Below are positions 40,157 through 50,431 of a stretch of DNA of 64,000 nt, piece after piece. This DNA is from Spirochaetia bacterium (GTDB lineage Bacteria > Spirochaetota > Spirochaetia > SZUA-6 > Bin103), in NCBI GenBank assembly GCA_965208575.1, contig CBDBOV010000004.1, positions 64,001-128,000 on the forward strand, given 5' to 3'. Below the pieces are notes generated by a model that was not told where the DNA came from, searched no databases, and worked only from the letters and a program-made list of their open reading frames with translations. The first letter of the stretch is position 1. Each line of letters opens with the position of its first letter. The position numbers and the translations under genes were made by a program.

Positions 40157-42157
40157 ATGTCAGGAACGAGGACAACCTCTCCAGCCAATACAAGTGGTCT
40201 ACCGATTTCTCTGGAGGACCTGGTCCACGCCAAGTCTGTTGAGGACAATCGGCGAGAGTTCAAGGCAGCTTGGAACCCTGCGACCCAGACGGCGGTCGTG
40301 CGCACGATCTGCGCCTTCGCCAACGACTTGTTGAACCTCAATGGTGGCTATGTACTGCTTGGGATCGAGACCGACGAGTTCGGCAGACCTGTGCTCCCGC
40401 CCCGAGGCTTGGAAGACGTGGACCTTGACAGGGTGCAGCGCGAACTGCGCGGCCAGTGTAAGCGAATCAACCCAAACTATTCGCCGCGCGTCTTCCCCAT
40501 GTCATTTGAAGATCGGTCGATTCTGGTAATCTGGTGTCCGGGAGGAGACAATCGTCCCTACGAAGCACCGAAGTCAGCAACGTCCGGTGAGCGCGCCTAC
40601 TACGTCCGTGAAGGGTCACAGACGGTCGTGGCCAAGGGTGCTCTCCTCTCTCAACTGCTCGACCAGGCTGCGAAGATTCCATTCGACGACCGGATCAACA
40701 GGTCGATGGGACTGGACGACGTTTCCGCCCGATTGGTGAAAGACTTTCTGGCGGACGTCGGGAGCGACATTGGTCGTACCGTTCCATTCAATCGCCACGT
40801 CTATTCGAGTATGCAACTTACCGCACCTCTCAATGGCGATGATGCGCCACGCAATGTCGCGATTCTGTTCTTTGTAGACGATCCCGACCGTGAGTTTCCG
40901 GGGGCGCAAATCGATGTGGTGCAGTTTGCGGATGACGCCGGCGGAAACCTCATCGAGGAGAAGACGATCCGCGGTCCGCTCCATCATCAGGTCAGGCAGA
41001 CTCTGACCTACCTGGAGTCTCTCGGCAGCACGATCATCGAAAAGATCCCGGGCCGAGCCGAGGTGGACCGGATGGTCACGTATCCCTATGAGGCGATCCG
41101 GGAAGCTGTGGTCAACGCCGTATATCACCGCTCCTATCAGGAGGTCGAGCCAACGAAGATCTACCTTTACCCGGACCGAATGGAGGTCACCAGCTATCCG
41201 GGCCCGGTTCGGGGAATCGAACTGCACCACTTTGCCGGCGGCGGAGCAATCCCGGCAGTGCCCGCTCGCAACCGGAGGATAGGCGGATTCCTCAAGGAGC
41301 TCAAACTCGCAGAGTCTCGAGGCACCGGCGTTCCCAAGATGCGCCGACACATGATCGAGAGCGGGTCATCGGATCCGCGCTTCGACTTCGACGAAGGGCG
41401 CACCTACTTCCGGGTGATCCTGCCCGTTCATCCCCGCTATCGGGTTATCCATGCGCTACGTGAGAGCGCATTGATGTGGGCTACGGGGAAGCGGAACGAC
41501 GCTCTCAACCACCTGTTGCGCGCGGCGGGAGATCAGCCGGGATCAGGTGCAGTCACTGGACAAGTGATTGAGTACGCCGGTGCCATGGACGATCTCGAAC
41601 TTGCCAGGGAGTACCTCGAACGTTTCGAGTCAGCAAGAGCCCGAACCGAAGGCTCGCTACCCTACTTGCGCTACGCAGCGGTCTTGTTGAATAGAGGCGA
41701 CAGCGAGGAAGCGCGGAAGTGGCTTCGCCGTATTCCGCCGGCGAGTGGGTACAGTGATCTTCTTGACGCGGCGATTCTGAGCAAGCGAGCGAGAAACTAC
41801 CGTGAGGCACACCGTATGTTCGAGCGGCTGTATGCCCGTGCGAACGACGACGCCAAGGTGGTACAGGAGTTCGCCCAGACCAAGCTTGCACTTGCGCGCG
41901 CCGCACACTATCGAGACTTGCCTACGAAGAAGAGGCTGAATCGACAGGGTGCGGAACTGCTCCGCAGAGCGATCCAGTTGACCGATGATCCGACGCGTAA
42001 GGCTTGGTGCTGGTTCGATCTCGCGCGAACAATCGCCTGGCTGCGTGAACCGGAGAGCGATGTCGAGCAGGCATACCTGCATGCGATGTCACTGAAGCCG
42101 AATGAAGACCGGTTTCGGGACTCCCACCGCCAGTGGCAGATCAGGCGAGGCCGGTAG
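40157..42157 (+). CDS. AlbA_2/Schlafen-like + HATPase_c_4 + TPR-like protein (putative defence)
   Basis: VEDNRREFK..W and TICAFAND..GGYVLLGI (AlbA_2); REAVVNAVYHRSY, RNRRIG..LKEL..AESRGTG (HATPase_c_4); helical repeats in the last ~230 aa; lower GC than the flanks. Confidence 0.8.
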   Translation: MSGTRTTSPANTSGLPISLEDLVHAKSVEDNRREFKAAWNPATQTAVVRTICAFANDLLNLNGGYVLLGIETDEFGRPVLPPRGLEDVDLDRVQRELRGQCKRINPNYSPRVFPMSFEDRSILVIWCPGGDNRPYEAPKSATSGERAYYVREGSQTVVAKGALLSQLLDQAAKIPFDDRINRSMGLDDVSARLVKDFLADVGSDIGRTVPFNRHVYSSMQLTAPLNGDDAPRNVAILFFVDDPDREFPGAQIDVVQFADDAGGNLIEEKTIRGPLHHQVRQTLTYLESLGSTIIEKIPGRAEVDRMVTYPYEAIREAVVNAVYHRSYQEVEPTKIYLYPDRMEVTSYPGPVRGIELHHFAGGGAIPAVPARNRRIGGFLKELKLAESRGTGVPKMRRHMIESGSSDPRFDFDEGRTYFRVILPVHPRYRVIHALRESALMWATGKRNDALNHLLRAAGDQPGSGAVTGQVIEYAGAMDDLELAREYLERFESARARTEGSLPYLRYAAVLLNRGDSEEARKWLRRIPPASGYSDLLDAAILSKRARNYREAHRMFERLYARANDDAKVVQEFAQTKLALARAAHYRDLPTKKRLNRQGAELLRRAIQLTDDPTRKAWCWFDLARTIAWLREPESDVEQAYLHAMSLKPNEDRFRDSHRQWQIRRGR

Positions 42158-42241
42158 AGTTGGCTGATTAGACCAGGGTGCTCAGGGGCCATCCGGTCAC
42201 CCCGCCTTGCTCAAAGCGACTCATTCCGGCTGAATATCGAC

Positions 42242-43600
42242 ATGGCGAAGCCGAAGGGGTGGTGGACGAGCCACCCGACTATTCTCACGGTAACGGTGGC
42301 GGGGTGCTGGGACTCGAACGGTGACGGGATCGGAGACTTCGAGGGTATCCGCCGCCATCTCGGCGAGCTCGTCGAAATGGGCATTTCCGGGCTGCGTTTC
42401 CAGCACGTGACGCGCTTCGGCGACGACTTCGAGTGGTTCGGGCTGGTGGCGCAGGACTGGTTCGACGTCGACCCGGTGTACGGCACCATGGCCGACTTCG
42501 ACCGGCTTGTCGCGGACTGCCGCGCGCGCGACGTGGCGCTCATGGTGATGGCCGTGCCCGAGTACCTGGGCTGGCGCCATCCCGACTACCTGGCGGCGCG
42601 CGATGCCCGTGCGGCGGGCCGCGACGATGCACGCATCGGCTGGTTTGGTTGGGAGGATGACGGCAGCGTGGCGCTGACCTGGAGCCATCCCGGACCCGAT
42701 CTCGCCAACGAGTCCTACGTGGATGCCTACCTGAAGCACGTGGCGTTCTGGATGGACAGGGGCATCTCCGGCTGGGACGTCGATGCGCCGAGCACCTGGC
42801 GCAACCTGAACCTGGGCGCGCTGCGTGCGATCACCGGCGTCGTCAAGGAGGGCGGCGGCTTCGTGACCAGCGAGAACCGGGCGCTGGAGCACGACCTCAT
42901 CCGCCAGGGCGAGTTCAACGCCGGCACCGGCATCCGCCGCACCCAGCTCTACAATGAGCTGGCGGCGATACTCGAAGGCGACGCGGACTACATTCGCCGC
43001 GGCATGGCGCGGCGGCGGCAGCTTATCGAGGCCGGCATGTTCCCGTTCCAGCAGTTCGGCGACGACATGTACGACCAGTACAGCGGCAAGAACCTGCCCT
43101 GGAAGCTGCAGATGTTCCGCCTGCAGGTGGCCTTCAACGCCGCGCTGCCCGACCAGGTGTGGGCGTTGGCCAACGCCATCGCCTTTCCTACCGAAGAGCT
43201 GCAGCCGCTGCCGTCGCTCGATTGCGTGTGCTGGGGACAGCTCGACCTGCCGGCCATCGAGCGCCAGAAGGCCGATCCGCACTCTCCGTTCGGCTTCTTC
43301 AAGCGCATGATGGCGCTGCGGGCACGCGAGAAGGCGCTGGCGATCGGGGACATGCAGGAGCTGCCCACCGACCTCCGAAAGCCGGTGTTTGCCGCGCTGC
43401 GCACCAGCGCGGACGGCACCGGACGTGCGGTGACCGTGTTCAACTTCAGCGCCCACCCGTGCCGGGTGCGGGTCAAGCTCGGCGTGGGTGTCACCGCGCT
43501 GCGCAATTACCTCAGCGACGAGGTGGTCCGACCCGAGGACGGAACCCTGACCCTGGACCTGGGCCGCTACGGATTCAAGCTGTTCCGCGTGGTCGAGTGA
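42242..43600 (+). CDS. Divergent GH13 (alpha-amylase family) glycosidase
   Basis: DSNGDGIGDF.GI, VDPVYGTMADFDRLV and FWMDRGISGWDVDA; C-terminal beta-sandwich. Confidence 0.75.
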   Translation: MAKPKGWWTSHPTILTVTVAGCWDSNGDGIGDFEGIRRHLGELVEMGISGLRFQHVTRFGDDFEWFGLVAQDWFDVDPVYGTMADFDRLVADCRARDVALMVMAVPEYLGWRHPDYLAARDARAAGRDDARIGWFGWEDDGSVALTWSHPGPDLANESYVDAYLKHVAFWMDRGISGWDVDAPSTWRNLNLGALRAITGVVKEGGGFVTSENRALEHDLIRQGEFNAGTGIRRTQLYNELAAILEGDADYIRRGMARRRQLIEAGMFPFQQFGDDMYDQYSGKNLPWKLQMFRLQVAFNAALPDQVWALANAIAFPTEELQPLPSLDCVCWGQLDLPAIERQKADPHSPFGFFKRMMALRAREKALAIGDMQELPTDLRKPVFAALRTSADGTGRAVTVFNFSAHPCRVRVKLGVGVTALRNYLSDEVVRPEDGTLTLDLGRYGFKLFRVVE

Positions 43601-43606
43601 CCGAGG

Positions 43607-44470
43607 CTATCCCTTGACGGCGCCCATGGTCATGCCGGCGATGAAGTAGCGCTGGAAGAACAGGAACACCAGCAGGGTCGGCAGGCTGGCCAGCAGCGAC
43701 AGCGCGCCCTGCACGCCCCAGGCCACCGTGTACTGGCCGCGCAGCGACACGATGCCGAGCATGATGGTGCGCTTGCTGTCGCTTTGCGTGAAGATCAGCG
43801 GCCACAGGAAGTCGTTCCAGATCCAGGTAAACTGCAGGGTGCCGAGCACTGCCAGCGCGGGCAGGCTGACCGGCAGCGCCACTCCGGTCAGCACGCGCCA
43901 CTCGCTGGCGCCTTCCACGATGGCCGCTTCGCGCAGCGCGGCCGGCACGGTGGCGAAGAAGTTGCGCATCAGCAGGGTGCAGATCGGGATGCCCATGGCG
44001 ATGTGCACGATGATCATCGGCCACAGCGTGTCGAGCAGGCGGATCCGGTTGAACAGCCGGAACAGCGGAATCAGGATGATCTGCGGCGGAAAGAACATCC
44101 CCGACACCATTACCAGGAACAGGATCTCGCTGCCCCGGAACGGCAGCTTCGAGAACACGTATCCGGCCAGAATGCCGAGCGCGATCGAGCCGGCGGTGGC
44201 GGGCGCGGTGACCAGGAACGTGTTGACGAAGTAGAACGTGACCGACGGGTGGGCGAGCGCCACCTGGAAGTTGGACAGGTCGAGGGTGCGCGGGATCGCC
44301 CACAGCGTGCCGAACGCGATGTCGCGCGTGCTCTTCAGGGCGCTCAGGATCACTCCCACGGTGGGGGTCAGGAACAGCACCGCCAGCAGCGTCAGGCACA
44401 CCAGCAGCACGCCGGTCGTGGCGGACAGCCGCCGGCGGCGCGGCGGCGCGGCGACCGCGGTGTCAGTCAT
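43607..44470 (-). CDS. Carbohydrate ABC permease (MalG type)
   Basis: EAAIVEGA, WNDFLWP and FQRYFIAGMTMGAVKG. Confidence 0.92.
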   Translation of the reverse strand: MTDTAVAAPPRRRRLSATTGVLLVCLTLLAVLFLTPTVGVILSALKSTRDIAFGTLWAIPRTLDLSNFQVALAHPSVTFYFVNTFLVTAPATAGSIALGILAGYVFSKLPFRGSEILFLVMVSGMFFPPQIILIPLFRLFNRIRLLDTLWPMIIVHIAMGIPICTLLMRNFFATVPAALREAAIVEGASEWRVLTGVALPVSLPALAVLGTLQFTWIWNDFLWPLIFTQSDSKRTIMLGIVSLRGQYTVAWGVQGALSLLASLPTLLVFLFFQRYFIAGMTMGAVKG

Positions 44471-45344
44471 ACAGTTCGTCCAGCTTCTTGAGCTGGCGGA
44501 AGTAGACGGCGATCACGCTCAGCGTCATCAGGAACAGGATCACCGAGATCGAGCTGCCGTAGCCGATCCGGTACTTCTTGAACGACTCGCTGTACATGTA
44601 CATCGCGAGCGTGTCGGAGGAGTGGAACGGTCCGCCTCCGGTCATGATGAACAGGATGTCGAACGCCTTCAGCGAGTTGATCACGCTCAGCGCCACCGCC
44701 ACCACGGTGGCCGGACGCAGCAGGGCCAGCACCACGTGGCGGATGCGCTGGCCGCGCGAGGCGCCTTCGATTTCGGCCGCCTCCAGCAGGTGGGTAGGAA
44801 TCGAGGTGAGGCCGGCCAGGAAGATCACCATCGCCAGTCCCATCTGCTGCCACGACCAGGCCACGATCACCGAGTAGAGGGCGGTCTCCGGCTCCGCCAG
44901 CCAGGCGAATGTGGGCGGCGTGCCGGTGACCGCCGTTATGGCGGCGTTGAGCAGGCCCCAGTCGGGCTGGTAGATCCAGATCCAGATCTGGCCCACCACC
45001 ACCGCGGCCAGGCAGATCGGCAGGTAGAACACCGACTTGAACGCCTTGGCGCCCGGCACCTGGGTGTCGAGCATCAGTGCCAGCGTCAGCCCGCCGGCGG
45101 TGGGCAGCACGATCGCCAGCGCGGTCCAGATCAGCGTGTTGATGGTGGCATTCCTGAACAGGCGGTCGGTCACCACCCCGGCGAAGTTGTCCAGCCCCAC
45201 GAACCGGTAGTCGCGGCTGAAGCCGTTCCAGTTCGTGAAGCTGTAGTAGAAGGTATCGAGCAGCGGCCAGATGACGAACACGCCGAACACCGCAACCGGC
45301 AGGAACAGCAGCGCGATCCGCCAGAACAGCTCTTTTTGCTTCAT
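44463..45344 (-). CDS. Carbohydrate ABC permease (MalF type)
   Basis: SFTNWNG, FVGLDNF, EAAEIEGA and MTGGGP. Confidence 0.92.
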   Translation of the reverse strand: MKQKELFWRIALLFLPVAVFGVFVIWPLLDTFYYSFTNWNGFSRDYRFVGLDNFAGVVTDRLFRNATINTLIWTALAIVLPTAGGLTLALMLDTQVPGAKAFKSVFYLPICLAAVVVGQIWIWIYQPDWGLLNAAITAVTGTPPTFAWLAEPETALYSVIVAWSWQQMGLAMVIFLAGLTSIPTHLLEAAEIEGASRGQRIRHVVLALLRPATVVAVALSVINSLKAFDILFIMTGGGPFHSSDTLAMYMYSESFKKYRIGYGSSISVILFLMTLSVIAVYFRQLKKLDELYD

Positions 45345-45410
45345 CCTCCGTCCGCCCGGAGAGCGCACCGCGCGGTGAGCGCGCGGCGTGGTGCTCTCCG
45401 CCTGGTGAGC

Positions 45411-46769
45411 CTACTGACTCTCGAACACCCCTCGGGCACCCTCTTCGGTGTCGGCCAGGTGCTGCATGTAGTCGCCCGGGCTGTCCATGAAGCGCGAGAA
45501 CATGTCCAGGCCGAACTCGGCCGCCGGCGGCGTGGTCGCCAGGTCGTAGTTGAAGGCAAACGTATCGGCGTTGCCGACCGCCTCCAGTGCCCGCTGCATC
45601 ACCGGCGTGTAGGTGCTGACGTCCACGTTGACGTTGGCCGACAGCGCGCCCTGGATCTGCGCCCACTTGGCCTGCACCTCGGCGTCGCTGGCCAGGAACG
45701 AGACCAGCGCTTCGGCGTTGGCCCGGTTGGGGGCGTTGGCCGAGATCAGCCAGCCGTCGACCGGCCCCACCACGGCGTTCGGGACGCCGGCGTCGATCGC
45801 CGGGAACTCGAAGAAGTCGTAGTCGTCGCCGGCCATCATGCCCTGGCCGTTCCAGTAGCCGGTAATCCAGGTGCCCATCAGCGTCATCGCCGCGTCGCCG
45901 CGCGCCACCTTGTCGGAGGCGTCGGTCCAGTCGTCGGCGTTGGCGTTGGGTGCGAAGTAGCCGGCGTCCACCAGATCTTTCCACAACTCCATGGCCCGCT
46001 GCACCTCGGGATCGGTGTAGGAGGCATCGCCCGCCATCAGGGCGGCTCGGTAGTCGGGTCCGGCGGTGCGCAGCAGCAGGTAGTCGAACCAGAACTGGCC
46101 CGGCCAACGCGCCTTGGTGCCGAGCGCGATCGGGGTGATGCCCTGCGACTTGAGGTTCTCGCACAGCGCCATGAACCCGTCCCAGTCGGCCGGGAATTCG
46201 GTGACCCCGGCTTCCGCCATCACCTTGGCGTTGTAGAACATGCCCGCGTAGTGGTAGCCGAACGGCACCAGGTGGCGGCTGCCGTCGTACATGGTGGCGC
46301 CGTCCGCCACCGACTTGGCTATCACGGCGTCCAGGCCATTGGCCGCCCACATGTCGTCGATTGCCGCGATGTTGCCGCCGTCGACCACGAACTGCGTGCG
46401 CGCCCCCGCCCAGTAGCTGAACACGTCCGGCAGGTTGCCGCCCGCGGCGCGGACCAGGATGCCGTCCTTGAAGTCCTCGTGCCCGATCGGGCTGTCGACC
46501 ACGGTGACCCCTGACTGCTCCTTGAAGCTACCGAAGATCTCCTCCAGGCCGGCGCGCCCGAGGTCGCCTCCGAAGTAGTGGGTAATGGTGACCTCCTGCG
46601 AGTCCATTCCCGCCTCTCCGGCCGGGCTGGCCCAGGCCAGGCTCGCGACCAGTCCCAGCGCGAGGATGAGTCCCCCCGCCCTGGTCGCCGTCGTAACCCG
46701 CGTGCCGCGGGTGCTGCAGGAACGCCGTGCAGCATTCGCCCCAGGGTAAAAAATGAAAGAGTGATACAT
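45411..46769 (-). CDS. Carbohydrate ABC substrate-binding protein (start codon uncertain)
   Basis: Hydrophobic signal, GNLPDVF, MFYNAKV and AAMTLMGTW. Confidence 0.88.
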   Translation of the reverse strand: MYHSFIFYPGANAARRSCSTRGTRVTTATRAGGLILALGLVASLAWASPAGEAGMDSQEVTITHYFGGDLGRAGLEEIFGSFKEQSGVTVVDSPIGHEDFKDGILVRAAGGNLPDVFSYWAGARTQFVVDGGNIAAIDDMWAANGLDAVIAKSVADGATMYDGSRHLVPFGYHYAGMFYNAKVMAEAGVTEFPADWDGFMALCENLKSQGITPIALGTKARWPGQFWFDYLLLRTAGPDYRAALMAGDASYTDPEVQRAMELWKDLVDAGYFAPNANADDWTDASDKVARGDAAMTLMGTWITGYWNGQGMMAGDDYDFFEFPAIDAGVPNAVVGPVDGWLISANAPNRANAEALVSFLASDAEVQAKWAQIQGALSANVNVDVSTYTPVMQRALEAVGNADTFAFNYDLATTPPAAEFGLDMFSRFMDSPGDYMQHLADTEEGARGVFESQ

Positions 46770-46893
46770 GAAGTACCTCCGTCCCGCTGTTATGGTACCG
46801 AAGCGGGGACGCTGTCAATGATACCGTAGCCTTGGCCGCGTTGGCGACGAAGTACGCGGTCAGCGAGGAACAACAAGAGGGAGGGTCTGAGTC

Positions 46894-47979
46894 TTGGACA
46901 CTATCGGGGTGGGCATAATCGGCACCGGCCGCATTTCCGACCTGCACGCCATCGAGTACCGGCGCAACCCGCACACCCGGATCGTCGCCCTGTGCGACCG
47001 GGACCGGGAGCTCGCGGCCGGCCGCCGGCGTGCGTGGGGGGTGCCCGGTGCGTTGATCACCACCGACTACCACGAACTTCTGGCGCAGGAGGCGGTCGAC
47101 CTGGTGGAGATTCTGCTGCCGCACCACCTGCACGCGGAGGCCGCGCTGGCGGCATTCGCCGCCGGCAAGGCGGTCTCGCTGCAAAAGCCGATGACCACCA
47201 CGCTCGCCGACGCGGACCGTCTGGTCGCGGCGGCCGAGCGGACCGGCGTTTCGTTTCGGGTGTTCGAGAACTTCATCTTCTACCCGCCGGTGATGCGCGC
47301 CAAGGAACTGGTGGACGCCGGCGCCATCGGCACGCCGCTGAGCATCCGCATCAAGAGCAACCCGGGCAGCCGCCAGTTCGCGTGGGACGTACCGCCCGGC
47401 GCGCAGGCGTGGCGCCAGAACCGCTCACAGTCGGGCGGCGGGCCGCTGGTGTTCGACGACGGCCACCACAAGTTCGCCCTGGCCCGGCACTTCATGGGGC
47501 CGCCGCAGGAGGTGCACGCGTGGATCGGATCGACGGTCGGGGAGGGCGGCTACCGGTTCGACGCCCCGGCCATGGTCTCGTTTCGCTTTTCCGGCGGGCG
47601 CGTCGGCAACCTGGAGGTGGTGTACTCGCCGGGACTGCAGGTCGACACCGAGCACTACGCGCAGGACGACCGCGTGGAGATCACCGGCACCGAGGGGGTG
47701 CTCCTGATCAACCGCGGCCACGGCCAGCTCGGCGACGTGGTGCCGCTGCAGCACTACCGGGACGGGCGCTGGACCGATCACCGGGACCTGGAAACCGGCT
47801 GGGAGCGCAGCTTCGTGCATGCCACGCGGCACGCGGTCGACGCGCTGCGCGCCGGCTCCCAGCCGCTCCTGTCCGGGCCCGAAGCCCGTGAAGTCTTGCG
47901 CTTCGCGCTCGCCGCCGAGGCGTCCGCCCGCCGCGGCGGCCCGGTGGCGGTCGACGACCACAATGCGGCGGCCGGGTAG
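46894..47979 (+). CDS. Gfo/Idh/MocA family oxidoreductase
   Basis: VGIIGTGRI, GKAVSLQKP and FDDGHH. Confidence 0.9.
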   Translation: MDTIGVGIIGTGRISDLHAIEYRRNPHTRIVALCDRDRELAAGRRRAWGVPGALITTDYHELLAQEAVDLVEILLPHHLHAEAALAAFAAGKAVSLQKPMTTTLADADRLVAAAERTGVSFRVFENFIFYPPVMRAKELVDAGAIGTPLSIRIKSNPGSRQFAWDVPPGAQAWRQNRSQSGGGPLVFDDGHHKFALARHFMGPPQEVHAWIGSTVGEGGYRFDAPAMVSFRFSGGRVGNLEVVYSPGLQVDTEHYAQDDRVEITGTEGVLLINRGHGQLGDVVPLQHYRDGRWTDHRDLETGWERSFVHATRHAVDALRAGSQPLLSGPEAREVLRFALAAEASARRGGPVAVDDHNAAAG

Positions 47980-48313
47980 CGTGCCACGGCTCGGCGCCGG
48001 TGTCCGCGCACCCGTGCCCGCGACAACCGCGGCTCGGGAGGTGGCGGCTCAGCCGGTCACCGCGAAGAACTGGAGGTGTATACTGACGTGGACCCGATAG
48101 GTTGGACAGTGGATGGGATATTGTAGAGTGCATCTCGTTCGTTGTCAACCCACCCTCCTGGTCGAGATGATCAGGCGGCGGTAATGGGGGTGGGGTCCGG
48201 GGAGGGGGTGAGCGAGCCTGTGGATATGTGGATACTTCGTCCCCACTGCTCGCGCTCCCGTTGGTCCTCGGATGCCCTTGCACCCCATGCCAACCGCCTG
48301 CCGTTCCTGTTCG

Positions 48314-49150
48314 CTACGCCACCTCCTGCTGTTGTTCCGCCACCCCGTCGCGGTACGCTTCCGCGGGCGTACGCCCGCCGAGCGCCGAGTGTGGTCGGGT
48401 CTCGTTGTAGAATGCCATCCACCCGTCGATCACCCGCTGCGCCTCGAAGCCATCCTCCAAATCGTGCAGGTATACCGACTCGTACTTCAGCGAGCGCCAC
48501 AACCGTTCGATGAATACGTTATCCAGACAACGACCGCGCCCGTCCATCGAGCACCGTATCCCGGTCGCCTCCAACTGGCCGGTGAACGCGATGCTGGTGA
48601 ACTGGCTGCCCTGATCGGTGTTGAAGATCTCGGGAATGCCGAAGTCTTCCAGAGCGTCCGCCAACGCCTCCAGGCAGAAGGAGGTGTCCATCGTGTTGGA
48701 CAGCCGCCAGGCCAACACCCGCCGGCTCGCCCAGTCCATGATCGCCACCAGGTACAGAAATCCTCCCTGCACCGGGATGTAGGTCAGGTCCGCGCACCAC
48801 ACCTGGTTCGGGCGCTCAATCGTAAGCCCTCGCAGCAGATACGGATACACCCGATGGTCCGGGTGCGCGACGCTGGTGCGTGGCTTGCGGTAGATCGCCT
48901 CCAGCCCCAACAGCCGCATCAGCCGCCGCACCCGGTGCCGACCGACCCGCTTTCCCTCGCGTGCCAGATGGCGCATCATCTGCCGGCTGCCGTAGAACGG
49001 ACATTCCAGATAAAGTTCGTCGATGCGGCGCATCAACGCGAGCGTGTCAGCGCTCTCGCCCACCGCTCGGTAGTACAGCGTCGACCGGTTCAGCCCGATC
49101 AGGCGGCACTGCCGGCTGATGCTCAGACCCTCGTGCTCGCGGTCGATCAT
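48314..49150 (-). CDS. IS3 transposase OrfB (rve)
   Basis: WCADLTY, IFNTDQGSQF and DNVFIERLWRSLKYE. Confidence 0.93.
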   Translation of the reverse strand: MIDREHEGLSISRQCRLIGLNRSTLYYRAVGESADTLALMRRIDELYLECPFYGSRQMMRHLAREGKRVGRHRVRRLMRLLGLEAIYRKPRTSVAHPDHRVYPYLLRGLTIERPNQVWCADLTYIPVQGGFLYLVAIMDWASRRVLAWRLSNTMDTSFCLEALADALEDFGIPEIFNTDQGSQFTSIAFTGQLEATGIRCSMDGRGRCLDNVFIERLWRSLKYESVYLHDLEDGFEAQRVIDGWMAFYNETRPHSALGGRTPAEAYRDGVAEQQQEVA

Positions 49151-49170
49151 CTCTCGTCGCTCGGCCCGGC

Positions 49171-49455
49171 TCAGCGCCCGAGCCCGCGTGCTAAAAAATC
49201 GCGCTCCACGGTCAACTCCCCGATCTTGGCATGCAGGTCGTGAATGGTCTCATCGTGCTCCTTCTGCCGCCGGCTCCGGCCGTCGGCGAACAGGTCCCGC
49301 AGACCGGTCTGAGCCTGCCGCTTCCAACTGCTGATCTGGTTCGGATGTATTTCGTGCTTGGCCGCGATCGCCTGGATCGTACGGTCTCCCCGCAGCGCCT
49401 CAATCACTACCTTCGCCTTGAACTCCGCTGTGAACCGACGCCTCTTCGTCGCCAT
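49171..49455 (-). CDS. IS3 transposase OrfA (HTH); -1 frameshift site T6A at 49192-49198
   Basis: RRRFTAEFKAKV..EAL and KIGELTVERDFL. Confidence 0.92.
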   Translation of the reverse strand: MATKRRRFTAEFKAKVVIEALRGDRTIQAIAAKHEIHPNQISSWKRQAQTGLRDLFADGRSRRQKEHDETIHDLHAKIGELTVERDFLARGLGR

Positions 49456-49615
49456 CTTGCTGGCCCTCCTCGTGGCCTTGGATACACTCTACCATACCGT
49501 CCGTTTTTCCGGGACCAGCTCATACCAAGGTCTGTCCCGGCTGCAGGGGGCACCACGTCGGCGCCCGGACTCAGGAACTTCACCACCTCCATAGTTGCAG
49601 CCGGAGGAATTGAAC

Positions 49616-50143
49616 ATGGAGAATCCTCAAAACGTATGTGATGAACAGCGGCTCATGAGGCGCTACGATTTTATAGTTGTGCCATTCGGTACGAGAGTCG
49701 ATGAAGAACACATTACTGTGTGGGCCGAGAATCGTGGTCGGGCGTTCACGATGGCGGTTTTTGCGTCGGAAGACCCTGCGAACGTGTGGACGGCTACGCT
49801 GATCAGAGATGGTGGCCAACCGGTTAACGTGGCTGATATTGAGGAAGTCTCTGTGGACGAGCGGTATATAACACCGATCCTTAGAAACAACGATTGCAAC
49901 CCAACTAGATACAGTGATGGACGCAATTATGTTGTGAGGCTGACATTATTTGGCTTAGCAGAAACTGACGAGATCGTGAAGGTTCGTCACCGTGCATTTG
50001 CCTTTACTGAGGCCGCTATACGCTCAATGACCCCCGATTCCGTTTGCCGCGCACAATTGGTGGCCGTCGCCACTAGTGCCCGTCGCGTGACGGACATCAA
50101 TCCAATGGAGAGATACGGCGGAATTACGACCGATTTGGTGTAG
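49616..50143 (+). CDS. Hypothetical protein, lower-GC cargo gene
   Basis: 175-codon ORF with GGAGG RBS; no recognisable motif. Confidence 0.55.
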   Translation: MENPQNVCDEQRLMRRYDFIVVPFGTRVDEEHITVWAENRGRAFTMAVFASEDPANVWTATLIRDGGQPVNVADIEEVSVDERYITPILRNNDCNPTRYSDGRNYVVRLTLFGLAETDEIVKVRHRAFAFTEAAIRSMTPDSVCRAQLVAVATSARRVTDINPMERYGGITTDLV

Positions 50144-50431
50144 TCCGGTCTTACATGACTTTCCTTGACCGAAACCTCGATCTTCGAATCACACAAGACT
50201 CGCTGCGAGCGACTCTCTGACATAGGACAACATAGGTTCGGCCTTGTCAGGTGGACAGGGACCGGATGACGATGCCAAGCGATCACAGACAGCGGGGTTG
50301 CCGGCAAGGAAGGAGGATTCCACGGGCCGGAGCTGGCGACAAAGCGGCAGGTAGCCGGATTCGCCGCCGCTGTACGGCCACCGTGTCGCATGTGCCGGCG
50401 GAGGCGGAGGAGCGGCGCTCCGGGCTTCGGC

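Larger units (their letters stand above)
48084..49522 (-). mobile_element. Complete IS3-family insertion sequence
   Basis: TG...CA ends with IRs tgacgtggacccg.. / tgagctggtcccg..; 3-bp direct repeat TAC (48081-48083, 49523-49525). Confidence 0.9.
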
